Part shown: positions 22,490-33,246 of the stretch, piece by piece
How the letters are laid out: each line of letters begins with the position of its first letter
How positions within the stretch are numbered: the first letter of the stretch is position 1
Origin: an uncultured delta proteobacterium
Lineage (GTDB): Bacteria > Desulfobacterota > Binatia > JACPRU01
Assembly: GCA_963745025.1 (NCBI GenBank)
Contig: CAVUWD010000006.1
Location: 416,001 to 480,000, forward strand
Length of the DNA stretch: 64,000 nucleotides
Reading direction: 5' to 3'
Translations under genes and position numbers: made by a program
Notes under the pieces: generated by a model
What the model saw: only the letters and a program-made list of their open reading frames with translations
Database searches by the model: none
What the model was told of the DNA's origin: nothing

Positions 22490-23224
22490 CTACGAAGCCC
22501 AAGCGCTCCGTGCGCGGGTGAGCAGCCCGTCGTCGCTCGAGCGGCGGATCTCGGCGGCGGTCTCGATTTCTCCCACGGCGGACCGAAGCGGCCAGATTCG
22601 GCAGGTGAGACGGTCACCAGCGCGCGCCTCGTCGAGGTACTCGAGGTCGTGGCGTCGCGCACCGAGCCCGTTGCCGGCCATGGCGCGGCGCGCCGCCTCG
22701 AGGTAATCGAAGTACTTGGCGTTGTTTACGTGATCGAGCGCGTCGAGGTCGGCGGCATCGACGACGAGCTCGACGGCGAATGCGTCGGCAGGAGCATCCG
22801 GAAGCTCCAGCGTCGGGCGCGGGAGCGGGGGCACGTCGCCTTCGGGCACGAACGCGCGCATCATCTCGTCGGGAATCCGCCGCGGCCGGCCCGACGCTGC
22901 GTCCACGTACACCCAGTCGGTGTGTGCGGTCAGCATCCCGACCAGTTCGCCCGGCACGCGCACCGTGTATTCGCGGCGCGACCGCACGCGGCGGAAGTCG
23001 GCGACCCACGTCGCGATCTCCAGCTCGACGCCGCGCGGAATCGCCATCGGGCACTCGATCGTGGAGCGGCGGATGACCCAAGCCGTAGCGTGCCCAGCGT
23101 ACCACTCCGGCGGATAGCCTGCGTCCGCCGAGGCCAGCGTCGCGGATTCCTCGAGCAGGCGCGCGTAAACGGCGAAGCCCGCCTGCGGCGGAAGCGAGCG
23201 ACGGAACGAGAATCGCCGCGCCAT
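22490..23224 (-). CDS. Acyl-ACP thioesterase (double hot-dog fold)
   Basis: 'WVIRR', 'TDWVYVD...GRPRRIP', 'DLDALDHVNNAKYFDYLE'. Confidence 0.82.
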   Translation of the reverse strand: MARRFSFRRSLPPQAGFAVYARLLEESATLASADAGYPPEWYAGHATAWVIRRSTIECPMAIPRGVELEIATWVADFRRVRSRREYTVRVPGELVGMLTAHTDWVYVDAASGRPRRIPDEMMRAFVPEGDVPPLPRPTLELPDAPADAFAVELVVDAADLDALDHVNNAKYFDYLEAARRAMAGNGLGARRHDLEYLDEARAGDRLTCRIWPLRSAVGEIETAAEIRRSSDDGLLTRARSAWAS

Positions 23225-23229
23225 CCCGC

Positions 23230-24429
23230 TCACGCCGACTCCTCGATCGCTCGTGCGAGAATCGCGAGGCCGCACTCGATCTCGGCTTCGCCGATCACAA
23301 GCGGAGGCGCCAGCCGGATCACCCGATCGCGGTGAAGCGTCCAGTTGAGGATCAGGCCGTGTGCGAACGACCGCTCGGTGATCCGGCGGGTGAAGCGCGC
23401 GTCGTCGAACTCCAGGCCGACAAGTAGGCCGACACCGCGGACGTCGACGAGGTGGCCCTGCCACGCGAGCGCGCGGAGACCCGCCTGGAGCATGGCGCCG
23501 AGCACCTCCGCCCGCTCCCAGAGCCGCCCGCGCTCGAGCACTTCGAGTGCCGCGAGACCCGCCGCGCACGAGACCGGGTGGCCGCCGAACGTCGTCACGT
23601 GAGCAAGCGGCGGATCGCTCGCCAGCGTCGCCAGGATCTCGGGCGCCGCCACGAACGCGCCGAGCGGCATGCCGCCACCGAGGGCCTTGGCCAGCACCAG
23701 CAGATCCGGCGTCACGTCGAAGCGCTCGAAGGCGAAGCGCCGTCCGGCGCGGCCGAAGCCGGTCAGCACCTCGTCGAGGACGAGCAAGGCGCCGACCTCC
23801 GTCGTCCGTCGACGAACCTCGCGAAGGTAGCCGGCCGGAGGGATGCGCACGCCGCCCTCGCCCTGCACGGGTTCGATCACCACGGCCGCCGTCTCGCGGT
23901 CGATGGCACCGAGCGCGCCGTGATCGCCGAACGGCAGCCGCTCGACCCGCGGCAGCAGCGGCTCAAACGGACCCCGGTAGAGCGCGTTGCCGCCGAGCGA
24001 CAGCGCGCCGAGCGTGTCCCCGTGAAAGGCACCCTCGAAGGCGATGAGCTTGGCCCGGCCCGTGTGTTTGCGCGCGGTCTTTAGCGCGCCCTCGATCGCC
24101 TCGGCGCCGCTGTTCACGAAGTAGACCATCGACAGCGGCGCGGGCAACAGCGCGGCGAGCCGCGCGGCCAGCCGCACCTGCGGCTCCTCGACGTACTCAC
24201 CGTAGACCATCGCGTGCAGGTAGCGGCCTGCCTGCTCCCGCACCGCCGCGACCACCTCCGGATGCCCGTGGCCGACGTTGGCGACGCCCATGCCGGAAAG
24301 AAAATCGAGGTATGTGCGGCCGTGACGGTCGGTCACGGTCGAGCCTTCCGCGTTCGCGATCTCGAGCCCGAGCGGGGCCGCCGAGGTCTGCGCCACGTGG
24401 CGGCGAAAGAGCACGTCGAGCTCGCTCAT
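23230..24429 (-). CDS. Class III PLP-dependent aminotransferase
   Basis: 'NSGAEAIE', 'FHGDT', 'EPVQGEGG', 'DEVLTGFGR', 'AKALGGG', 'TTFGGHP'. Confidence 0.93.
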   Translation of the reverse strand: MSELDVLFRRHVAQTSAAPLGLEIANAEGSTVTDRHGRTYLDFLSGMGVANVGHGHPEVVAAVREQAGRYLHAMVYGEYVEEPQVRLAARLAALLPAPLSMVYFVNSGAEAIEGALKTARKHTGRAKLIAFEGAFHGDTLGALSLGGNALYRGPFEPLLPRVERLPFGDHGALGAIDRETAAVVIEPVQGEGGVRIPPAGYLREVRRRTTEVGALLVLDEVLTGFGRAGRRFAFERFDVTPDLLVLAKALGGGMPLGAFVAAPEILATLASDPPLAHVTTFGGHPVSCAAGLAALEVLERGRLWERAEVLGAMLQAGLRALAWQGHLVDVRGVGLLVGLEFDDARFTRRITERSFAHGLILNWTLHRDRVIRLAPPLVIGEAEIECGLAILARAIEESA

Positions 24430-24902
24430 TCGCTCTCGAAGAGCCGGCGGGCCTGCGCCGTGCGCAGCCAGAGGATCGCGAGCAGCGGAAACACGAGATC
24501 CCAGATGTCGCCGCCGACGAGGAGTAGGCGGAGCTTGATGGCGATCGCCAGCGCGGGATCCTTGTGACCCGGCCCGATCGTGAAGTTGAGCACGGTGTAG
24601 AGGACCGTCGCCGCGAGCGACAGCGCCGACAGCGAAAGAACGGCCATCCGAGCGCGCGGCTCGAAGCGGCGCAGGCGCTGGGACGAAGTCAGGAGCAGCG
24701 TATAGAAGAGAACCTGCGGGATCCAGTAGAGAGTGCGGCTGCTGTCGGCGTCCGTGCCCCCAACTGCCACCAGCGCCGAAACGTAGGCGAGCGCGCTCGC
24801 GGTGACCTTGATCGCCGAAAACACGACGAGCAACAGCGCCAGGAAAAGCAGCTGCGCACGCAGTTCTTCGTCTGCGTGCTCCGCTTCCGGCGAAGGCTTC
24901 AC
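24426..24902 (-). CDS. Uncharacterised ~4-TM membrane protein
   Basis: GTGA overlap with luxC-like stop and ATGA overlap with aminotransferase start; four hydrophobic segments. Confidence 0.7.
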   Translation of the reverse strand: MKPSPEAEHADEELRAQLLFLALLLVVFSAIKVTASALAYVSALVAVGGTDADSSRTLYWIPQVLFYTLLLTSSQRLRRFEPRARMAVLSLSALSLAATVLYTVLNFTIGPGHKDPALAIAIKLRLLLVGGDIWDLVFPLLAILWLRTAQARRLFESE

Positions 24903-26185
24903 CTCTGCTTCCCTAGGATGATTCCCGCCATCGGATCCAGTCCTCCCTGCCGCCAGTCGAGACCCGGGGCCTGCATGTGTCCGAGCGCTGCGATCCGGGG
25001 AACGCCGAGCGCTTCGAGCGATGCGCCGGTCTCGGCATCGGGCCATGGACCCATACCGACACATTCGACACGCGGCAACCACTCGCCGACCGCGTGGCGG
25101 AGGTCTCCGATCGTTTCGAGCGGGCGCACGAAGATCGTCCGGTGGAGCGGGCTCGGCCGGAAGCCGGCGGTCGGATCGTCGAGAATCGTCCAGCTCCTGC
25201 CGGCGCGGAGCGATACGCCCCCGCCGCCGAGCTCGCGCCATTCGTACTCGTCACGCAGCCGTCGAATGGCGACGGCGTCACCCTCGCCAAGCACGCCGCG
25301 TGGCCAGCGACATTCGGCCTCTTCCAGAGCTTCGGCCAGACACTCGACGAACTCACGACGCCGCGACGGCTCGGCTCCGACCACGTAGAGCGTCTGCGGC
25401 GATAGGCAGCCGAGCTGGTCGTAGAGCGCCACGTCGACCGCCGCGGCCGCGGCCAGCGACTGGACGTCGCTTGCCCGATCGAGACGAACGAGAGCGATGC
25501 TCAGCTTGTGGCCGAAGCCAACGAACCGCCCGCTTCTTCTCGCCGCGAGCGCGGCGACCGCTACGTCCGAGCCGTAGGCGACGAGCGAATCGACGCCGCG
25601 CACGAGCGCTTCCTCGCCGCCGCCGGATCCTCCTTCCCACCAGCTGACCGCGAGCGCCGAGGCGAGCGATGGAGCGATCGCACCGAGCGCTTCGGCGAAG
25701 AGCGCGGTGAGAAGCGGCTCCCCGGCCGCGGTCTTCACCACGCAAGAGGCCCCCGCCGTCAGCGCGAGCGCCGTCTTGAGGAGCGCGACACCGGGGATGT
25801 TTCCCGCCGCGACGATTCCGAAGAGGCCCACGACCTGCTTTGCCGGCCTCGCGATCGCCGCGAGAGTCTGCGCGTCCGCGAGCGGTGCGAAGACGCGCGG
25901 CAGAGTCTCCTCGATCATCGCCCGCGAGAAGCCGGTCACGTCGGGCAGCGCCCCGAGCGCGCGAAGCCGCAATCGATCGTCGGGATCGAGAAACCGTCGA
26001 GCCGCAGCGGCCACCGCAGCCGCGCGATCGCCGGGTTCTCCGTGCGCCACACGACTGCGCAACCGTGCGAGCAGCTCCCGCATCTCATCGGCGGAAAGCT
26101 CTGCGACCGCTAGCGCGAGCGTGCCGAATGCGGCCGGCCGCGTGCGGACCCGCTCCAGCGCGGGCAGATGAAAGGCGCGCTCCAT
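24899..26185 (-). CDS. LuxC-like acyl-CoA/acyl-protein reductase
   Basis: 'AAGNIPG', 'AYGSD', 'FGHKLS', catalytic Cys 'YDQLGCLSPQ', 'GVPRIAALGHMQ.P...W...G'. Confidence 0.88.
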   Translation of the reverse strand: MERAFHLPALERVRTRPAAFGTLALAVAELSADEMRELLARLRSRVAHGEPGDRAAAVAAAARRFLDPDDRLRLRALGALPDVTGFSRAMIEETLPRVFAPLADAQTLAAIARPAKQVVGLFGIVAAGNIPGVALLKTALALTAGASCVVKTAAGEPLLTALFAEALGAIAPSLASALAVSWWEGGSGGGEEALVRGVDSLVAYGSDVAVAALAARRSGRFVGFGHKLSIALVRLDRASDVQSLAAAAAVDVALYDQLGCLSPQTLYVVGAEPSRRREFVECLAEALEEAECRWPRGVLGEGDAVAIRRLRDEYEWRELGGGGVSLRAGRSWTILDDPTAGFRPSPLHRTIFVRPLETIGDLRHAVGEWLPRVECVGMGPWPDAETGASLEALGVPRIAALGHMQAPGLDWRQGGLDPMAGIILGKQR

Positions 26186-26191
26186 CGAGCG

Positions 26192-27253
26192 CTACGCCAC
26201 TTGCTCGAGGAGCAGCGCGCAGCCTCGCGCCTCGGCGCCGCTCGCGCGGCCGACGACTTCGAACCCCTCGCCGACCTCGATGCCCACGTCCTCGGTTTGG
26301 AGAGCGAGCACCGAGCCGACGTTGGCGAGATCGAAGTGGCGGAGAAGACCTCGCTCGCCGCGCGGCACAGGCTCGAACGTCTGCGGTGACATCACCCGCG
26401 TGCGCGCCCACTCCGGCGCGAGCTTCGCGCGGTCTCGCTTGCGGCCGGCGAAGTGGTTCTGGATCGAATCGTCGTAGAACTGCGAGCACATCTCGGTCAT
26501 GCCGTACTCGTTCGCCACGTAGTAGCCGGGCACGCCGAAGTAGTCCCAGAACGCGCGCAGTAGGCCGTTGCGCGACAGCGAACGGCTCTTCCCTTTGGTT
26601 CCTCCGGTATCGACGATCCGCGACCCATAGGGCAGACGAAAGCGAGCGCTGCTCGCCTGGCAGCGGTCGATGAAGCGGATGAACGCATACGTGAGGCCGA
26701 TCAAGAGAACCGGCTCGCGCGTCGGCTCGCACTCACGGAGCCGCCGTTCGAGCGCCTCGGCCTGAACCTCGCCGCGGACGACGAAGCATTCGGGCGGGCC
26801 GGCGGCAAACGATTCCGCGAGCCACTCGATCATCTGGCAGAGCGAGGACTGCGGCTGCTCGGCGAGCGTCGGAGCGAGGACCAGGAAATGCGGCCGCGCA
26901 CCATCGGGAAGAACACAGCGCGCGAAGTGAGCCAGCGCGGCGGCTCGGTAGATCGAGGGATCAGGCACGCGATGGCGACCTCGCTGCCTGGCACCTTCGG
27001 TCGTGCCGCTGGTCACGAACACACTCCCCTCGGGGAGACCGCTGACGACGAGCTCCGCTCGCTTGAACGCGGACACGGGCACAGCCGGGATCTCGGTCCA
27101 GTCCGTGACGTTCGCCGGCGTCCCGCCGCGGCGATCGCAGAAGCGCCGGTAGGGCACATTCCGCTCGTACTGGAAGCGGAAGAGCGCGAGCGCGAGGTCC
27201 GGAAAGCGGGCCGGATCGGGCGCGCCGATGAACTCACGCACCGCGGAAAACAT
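26192..27253 (-). CDS. LuxE-like acyl-protein synthetase
   Basis: 'LFRFQY..N..YR.FC', 'TSGTT', 'DTGGTKG', 'EYGMTEMCSQ', 'DLAN', C-term 'GRASGAEARGC'. Confidence 0.88.
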   Translation of the reverse strand: MFSAVREFIGAPDPARFPDLALALFRFQYERNVPYRRFCDRRGGTPANVTDWTEIPAVPVSAFKRAELVVSGLPEGSVFVTSGTTEGARQRGRHRVPDPSIYRAAALAHFARCVLPDGARPHFLVLAPTLAEQPQSSLCQMIEWLAESFAAGPPECFVVRGEVQAEALERRLRECEPTREPVLLIGLTYAFIRFIDRCQASSARFRLPYGSRIVDTGGTKGKSRSLSRNGLLRAFWDYFGVPGYYVANEYGMTEMCSQFYDDSIQNHFAGRKRDRAKLAPEWARTRVMSPQTFEPVPRGERGLLRHFDLANVGSVLALQTEDVGIEVGEGFEVVGRASGAEARGCALLLEQVA

Positions 27254-27525
27254 CCCTCCCGATATGCGGAGCGGCTCGATTCGAAGTCAAGGAGGTGCCA
27301 CGCGCGCGACGGGGAAACCACGGCCGCAGGAGGAGCATCGAATCCGGCGTGAGGAGCCTTTCCGAAAACGGACCATCCACCTGGCGCAAGTCGATCTTCG
27401 ACGTCAGGATCGCCGGATGCCGCGCTGGCTTGGAAGGACCGATCTCGGCCGGGTCACGCTGGCCGCGAAGCGCTACCGGAGCCGGCGTCCCCTGCCCACG
27501 CCGATGCACCTCGGGCGTGAGAGGC

Positions 27526-30500
27526 TCACGCCCGTACCCACCGCTCGTAGATCTTCGGCAGCTCGGTCGGCAGCGACGAGACGTCCTCGATCACCAGGTA
27601 CCGCGAGGTCTCGCACATCTGGCGGAGATAATCGTGTCCCGTCTTGTCGACGGTGATGCAGAAGGGCGTGATACCGGCGGCCTCGGCATTCCTGGAGGGC
27701 GACCATCGTGTCCTGGATGCCGTACGCGTTGCGAGCGGCGATCGTTCCCGTAGTCGAAGTCCTGCGGAAAGCCATCGGAGAGGAGGAAGAGGTGCTTGGA
27801 GCGCGTCGTCAGGTTCGCCATCTTCGCCCGCGCGTGGCGAAGCGCCGGCCCCATGCGCGTCGAGCGCCTCGGCTCGATGCCACCGATGCGGCCGCGCACG
27901 CGAGCGGTCAAGCGCCTCCTGGAAACGCTTCACGAGATAGAACTCGACGTTGTCCCTCCCCTGTCCGGAGAAGCCGTAGACGGCGTAGCGATCGCCGAGC
28001 TCTTCGAGCGCCTCGGCCATGATCACCAGCGCCTCCTTCGTCACGTCGATGATGCGCCGCTCGCTCCCGCGCGTGCCGCACGCGGTGGCGGGACGCCCCG
28101 CGGGCTCGGCAGACTTCGGCTGCAGCGGCTCGTCGGTCGACGCGCTCATGTCGAGGAGAAAGAGCGTCGCCACGTCGCGCTCCTCGCGCGACGCGCGACG
28201 TAGAGGCGGGTCGAGGGCGCACGGCGCGCGCGGAGCTCGACGCGCGCTTCGACGACCGCGTTCAGATCGAAGTCCTCGCCGTCCTCGAGGCCGCGCACCT
28301 TGCGATAGCGTCTCGGGGCGAAGCCGCTGGAACTGGCGGCGAACTTCGGGAAGCAGGTCGGCGTAGCGGGCGAGCGTGTCCTGGAAGAACTCGCCCGCAT
28401 CGCCCGCCGAGGTGGATTTCCTCGAGATGGCACCAGCGGCTGCGGTAGTCGCGGATCTGGTAGTCCCACTCGTCGTAGTCGAATCCCGCGCGATCGGCCA
28501 CACCGCGCCGCCCGCGGCGCGTGCCGTCGTGGATCGACACCTCGCTCTCGCCTTCGTCTCGCCCTGGAGACTGCGGCAGCCGCAGGTCCCGCGCGAAGAT
28601 GCCGGCGCTCTCCACGGTCTCGGTCGAGCGCCCGACCTTGAGCACCGCGCCGGCCTCGAGCAGGCGCTTCAGCTCGTCGCCGGAAAGCGGCGTACCCGGT
28701 CCCTCTTCGTCGCTCTCCTCGACGGCCTTCGGCTCGAGATCGAGCACCTCCGTCGGCGGAGGCTTGTCTGCCGGCTCGTCGCCTTCCTCCGGCTCCGGGT
28801 CGAGAGCCGCGGCGCCGATCACCTTCTCGAACAAGAGCTCCTCGTATGTCGTCGCCGCACCGAAGCCCGATATCGCAATCGAGTCGGCGAGCCGTTCGCG
28901 AATCTGGATGGCGACCGCCAGCGCGTCATCGACGGTGGCGTCCGGGCTCCGGAGCACCGCGGCGACGAAGCCGACGAGCTCCGCCGGCAGCTCCTCGGTC
29001 GATAGCTCGGCCGGCGAAACGCCGGCGCCGATCAGGAAGAGAACGAGCTCGGCGCTTCGTCGCGCGCGCGGCACCCGCCGGGCGAGACGTTCGCTGATTC
29101 GGCCGAGCTCGGCGGCGTGGCCGCGATAGCTTCGGCGCATTCGACAATCGATGCGCGCGCCCTCGCAGGCGGCGAACAGCGGGATCAACGGATCGGCGTC
29201 GGGCACGGCCTCGAACAGATCGCCGAGCGTATCGCCGTTCACCAGGGCGGCGACCACGGATGCGAGCGGAGGCGGCAGCCGCGTCGACACCCGCCCGAGC
29301 GAGACGTCGTACGTGCCGTAGAGCAGCCGGCCCACGCCGCCCGCGGTCGCGAGCTTGAGGATCGAGAAGTTGTCCTCCCAAGACTGGAAGAAATCCACGT
29401 TGTCTGGCAGCGCGAGGCTCGCACCCTCTAGGCTCTCGCGGTCGAGAAATGCGCGCAGCGAGACGCCGTCCACGCCGCGGAGGGTCAGACTCTCGCCCGA
29501 GAGCATCCGCGCGTAGGAGCGGAGCACGCCGTGGATCTCTTCGAGACGAACCGCCGCGGAGTTCTCGCGCAAGAACCGAAGCGCCGTACGCGACTCGAGC
29601 GCGAAGTAGGCTCGCCCGGCGTCGAGATTGGCTTCGGCAAGCGCTTCCCCACGCTCGATCCAGCGCGGCAGCCGGCGCGGGCCCGCCTGTTCGAGCGCGC
29701 GCGGCAACGAGCGGACGAGCGGAACGACGCAGAGCGGAAGCCGAGCGCCGCTCTCGGCCACGCGCTCGAGGATCGCGGAGCGCGACGTCTCGGGAATCGA
29801 GCGCACGATCGCCTCGAGGAGCGGCACGAGCGCGAGCACCGCCTCTGCGTCGACCGCGGCCGGAACGAGCGCGCGGAGGAGCGGCGACCGTGCCGACGGA
29901 TCGATGCGAGCGAGCTCTGGCGGCAAGCCGGCGAAGAGGCTCGCCGCGGCGCGCGGCGCCCGCGGCGCGGCCGCCGCGCAGAGCTCGAAGAGGTTTGCTC
30001 GCTCCGCGGCCGACAGCAGCGCGATGCCGTCCGGCATCTTCTGGAAGAATCCTTGGCCGAGCTCGCGACCGACCTGCACCGCGGTGCCGAGCGTGGCCCA
30101 CCGCCGGATCTCTTCGTTGGACAGCACCGGCAGCACCGAGGCACCCGACGAAAAGAACGCTGCGGCCAAGAACTCCCCGCGCCAGCCGCTTCCGGAGGCG
30201 AGGCGCATGCCAGCCGCGGCCCATTCCTCGAGCCGCGCGCGCGCCTTTTCGTGAAGCCCCGGCAGCGCCGCGCCGCTGCCCTCGAGGAAGAGCGCCGCGA
30301 GCTTTCGCGACAGTCCCTGCACCGAGCCGGCAAGTGTGAGCCAGTGCGCGAGCAGCGGCCGGCTGCAGGACGCGATCGCCACGGGATCCAGACGCAGGAA
30401 CGCGGCGGCGGCCTCGCGATTGGCGAGCGCCCGCGAGGCGATGTCGACCGCTAGCTTCCCCCAGAGGGCGAAGCGCTCGCGGTCCATTCGTGCACGCGCG

Positions 30501-30685
30501 TGCGGTGCCCGTAGCGCATACGCCTGCGCCAGTGCGAGGCTCGTCTCGGCGAGCGCGTCGCCGAAATGAACGATCTCGCGCTGCTCCGCCTCGGGCAGGC
30601 GGCGAAACTTCGCGAGCGCCTCCGCACCGCCTTCCGCGCGCGCGAGGTGCGGGCTCCGCAGCCACTCGGCGCGCGACGGGCTCAT
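27526..30685 (-). pseudogene. Large NorD/CbbO-like vWA protein, frameshifted six times in its 3' ~900 nt (possibly sequencing error)
   Basis: ATGA overlap with CbbQ stop; 'YDEWDYQIRDYR..WC', 'EDGEDFDLNAVV', MIDAS 'LLDMSAST', 'TRMG.ALRH', 'LLSDGFPQD', 'YGIQDT' spread over three frames. Confidence 0.85.
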
Positions 30686-31485
30686 GGAAATACGGTGGAA
30701 CAGAGCTCGTCGATCGCGCGCTCGGTCTCGGGGTCGTCCGACAGCGCCCGGGTCACCGCAGCCGCGCACGCCGCTCGGGCCGATACGCCCCGGCGCATGA
30801 GCCGCGCGGCGTAGATCAAGAGCCGCGTGCTCACCCCCTCCTCGAGGCCGCTCGCCTTCAGATTTCGCACCTTCTCGCCGAGCGCGGCGAGCTCGAGCGC
30901 CACGTCGGCGGTGATGCCGCTCTCGTGGGCGATGATCTCGGCCTCCTTGTCGCGCGGCGGATAGTTGAACTCGATCGCTACGAAGCGCTGGCGCGTCGAT
31001 GGCTTCAGATCCTTCAGCACGCTCTGGTAGCCGGGGTTGTAGGAGATCACGAGCAGGAAATCGCGGTGCGCCTGGAGGATCTCGCCGCGCTTGTCGATGG
31101 GCAGAATCCGCCGGTGATCGGTGAGCGGATGGATCAACACGGTCGTGTCCTTGCGCGCCTCGACGACCTCGTCGAGATAGCAGACCGCGCCGCTGCGCAC
31201 CGCCTGCGTGAGCGGCCCGTCGATCCACACCGTGTCGTCGCCCTTGATGAGATATCGGCCGACGAGGTCGCTGCCCGTCAGATCCTCGTGACAGGCGACG
31301 GTGATCAGGCCCGGCACGCCGTCCGCCGCTTCGCCGTGAAAGCGGCGAGTGACGTGCTCGATGAACCGCGTCTTGCCGCAGCCCGTCGGCCCCTTCAGTA
31401 ACACCGGCAGGCGGCACTCGAAGGCGGCGCGAAAGAGCTCGATCTCCTCGCCGATCGGAAGGTAGTAGGGAATGTGGCGGGTCAT
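30682..31485 (-). CDS. CbbQ/NirQ/NorQ-family AAA+ ATPase
   Basis: '[10 protein letters not shown]', '[12 protein letters not shown]', '[12 protein letters not shown]', 'SYNPGYQ', 'STRLLIYA'. Confidence 0.95.
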   Translation of the reverse strand: MTRHIPYYLPIGEEIELFRAAFECRLPVLLKGPTGCGKTRFIEHVTRRFHGEAADGVPGLITVACHEDLTGSDLVGRYLIKGDDTVWIDGPLTQAVRSGAVCYLDEVVEARKDTTVLIHPLTDHRRILPIDKRGEILQAHRDFLLVISYNPGYQSVLKDLKPSTRQRFVAIEFNYPPRDKEAEIIAHESGITADVALELAALGEKVRNLKASGLEEGVSTRLLIYAARLMRRGVSARAACAAAVTRALSDDPETERAIDELCSTVFP

Positions 31486-31494
31486 GCCTTCGGA

Positions 31495-31563
31495 GGCTAC
31501 CGGCTTCCGGCTACCGGCTTCCGGAAGAGACTTCGCGGCGTCTCTTTGCGGTAGTCGGTAGCC
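31495..31563. repeat. Heptamer-built palindromic element
   Basis: (GGCTACC GGCTTCC)x2 AAGAGAC ... GTCTCTT CGGTAGT CGGTAGC. Confidence 0.65.
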
Positions 31564-31574
31564 GTCTTCTCCTC

Positions 31575-32753
31575 TCATTTCGTGCTCACCGTCATCATCA
31601 CTTGACCGCTCGGGTCGTCGACGAGCTCGAGTGCGCCCATCCCCGCGAGACCGCTCTGGCGCTTCGCGCTGTCGAGGTCGCCCTGCAGGCGGTCGAGAAA
31701 CTTCGTACGCGCCATCTCCGGCATCCCCTGCATGGGAAAATCTCGGAGGCGCACTCGGCCGGCGCTCGGCGACGACCACTCGAATCGCACGATCTTCGGA
31801 CCGACGATGGGATGGCTCCGAAGGCTCGCCTCGACGAGACCCTGAAAACTCTTCGGCTCCGTCGAGCCGGTCGGCTCCGACGCCCCTTTTCCTCCTTCCG
31901 CACGATCGATCATCGCCTGGATCTCTGCGCGCGTTCGCTCGTCGGGTGCGAGCGCGAGCGCGTGACCGAGCGCCTCGCGGGCCTTCGGCGTGTCGCCTGT
32001 CCGCGCGTAGGCGATGGCGAGGTTGTAGTGCGCCTGGTAGAACTTCGGGTCCTTGGCCAGCACCTTGCCATACTCGGCGATCGCCTGCTCGGGCTTCCCG
32101 CCGTAGAGGTACATGGTTCCGAGGTCGGTGCGCACGTTCAGATCGTCGGGCTTGAGCGCGAGGTAGCGGGTGTAGGAGTCGGTCGCCTCCGCGTACTGGT
32201 CGTGATCGAAATGGATGTTGCCGATCCCGCGCAGCGCATCGAGGTCCTTCGCGTCGATCTCGAGCACGTGGCGGAACGACGCCTGCGCTTTGTCCAAATA
32301 CCCGCGATCGATCTGGCCGGCCCGGTACTCGACCTCGGCGACGGTCTTCCATGCCCCGAGATCTTTCGGCCGAGCGGCCGCCTTCGCTTCGAGATCCGCG
32401 ATGTAGCGCTTCACGTCCGCGGGGATCTCGATCGGCGGATGATTCTCCGGCAGTGTTCCGCCGCTCGCCGCCTCGGGCGCGCCCTTCTCGTCGGGCTTCT
32501 GTGCGAGCGGCAATCGACCGGGGGCCTTCGCAGGCGCAAGCACCGCCACCCACAGAGCGAGTCCGACAGTCAGAAAACCGACGAGAACCGCGAGCCCCGC
32601 GAACGGCGACGGGGGTCCCCCCGCGTGGGGAATCGGCACCGACTCCGACGAAAGCCGTTTACCGCACGCGCCGCAGAAGCGCACGTTGCGCCCGACCGGC
32701 TCGCCGCAGCCAGGGCAGAAGCGGGCTCGACTCTGCGAGGAAGTCTCCTTCAT
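31575..32753 (-). CDS. Membrane-anchored TPR protein with N-terminal zinc ribbon
   Basis: 'CPGC...CGAC', TM helix, 'LPENHPPI', several TPR units. Confidence 0.85.
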   Translation of the reverse strand: MKETSSQSRARFCPGCGEPVGRNVRFCGACGKRLSSESVPIPHAGGPPSPFAGLAVLVGFLTVGLALWVAVLAPAKAPGRLPLAQKPDEKGAPEAASGGTLPENHPPIEIPADVKRYIADLEAKAAARPKDLGAWKTVAEVEYRAGQIDRGYLDKAQASFRHVLEIDAKDLDALRGIGNIHFDHDQYAEATDSYTRYLALKPDDLNVRTDLGTMYLYGGKPEQAIAEYGKVLAKDPKFYQAHYNLAIAYARTGDTPKAREALGHALALAPDERTRAEIQAMIDRAEGGKGASEPTGSTEPKSFQGLVEASLRSHPIVGPKIVRFEWSSPSAGRVRLRDFPMQGMPEMARTKFLDRLQGDLDSAKRQSGLAGMGALELVDDPSGQVMMTVSTK

Positions 32754-32878
32754 CGAATCAACGAGTCGTCGAGGCCAGAGCTACGACGAAGGAGAGATCC
32801 CGACCGAGGCGAGCGAGAGGGATCCGCCGGGCGGGGAGGCGTCGCGCGGCCTGCAATCGCCGCGAGCACTCGGTTCGG

Positions 32879-33097
32879 TTACGCCGCGGCCTTTTTCCGT
32901 CCCTCGACGTCTTCGGCGGTCGCGAAGCAACGGATCGTGCACTGCGCATGATCATCGTGACCGCAGAGCTTCTTGCGTCGAGTACCGGGCACCGCTTGCA
33001 TGACCTTCTGGCAACGCGGGCAGTTGACCTCGGCGAGTGCGCCGAGCTGCCAGCCGCAGGCCGCGCAGATGAAGGTTTGCAAAACGACTGCTTCCAT
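32879..33097 (-). CDS. Small Cys/His-rich (zinc-finger-like) protein
   Basis: 72 aa after RBS GGAAGGAG; CAAC...CPRC...CGHDDHAQC...C. Confidence 0.6.
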   Translation of the reverse strand: MEAVVLQTFICAACGWQLGALAEVNCPRCQKVMQAVPGTRRKKLCGHDDHAQCTIRCFATAEDVEGRKKAAA

Positions 33098-33246
33098 CCG
33101 CTGAGCTCCTTCCAACCTCATGGAAGCTGAAGTCGTCGGCGGAGTCAATAGAATTTGAGTCTCTTTCGCGAGGAGCGTGCCACTTTGCGGGCATTTTCCT
33201 CCACGATAGATTCGCACGATGGCGGCGGCAAATGGATCGAGGAGGG

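Noticed and set aside
24899-27253. Bioluminescence operon
   Set aside because: No luxA, luxB or luxD homologue in the window.
27253-27526. Riboswitch upstream of the luxE-like gene
   Set aside because: No full conserved box of a known class could be matched.
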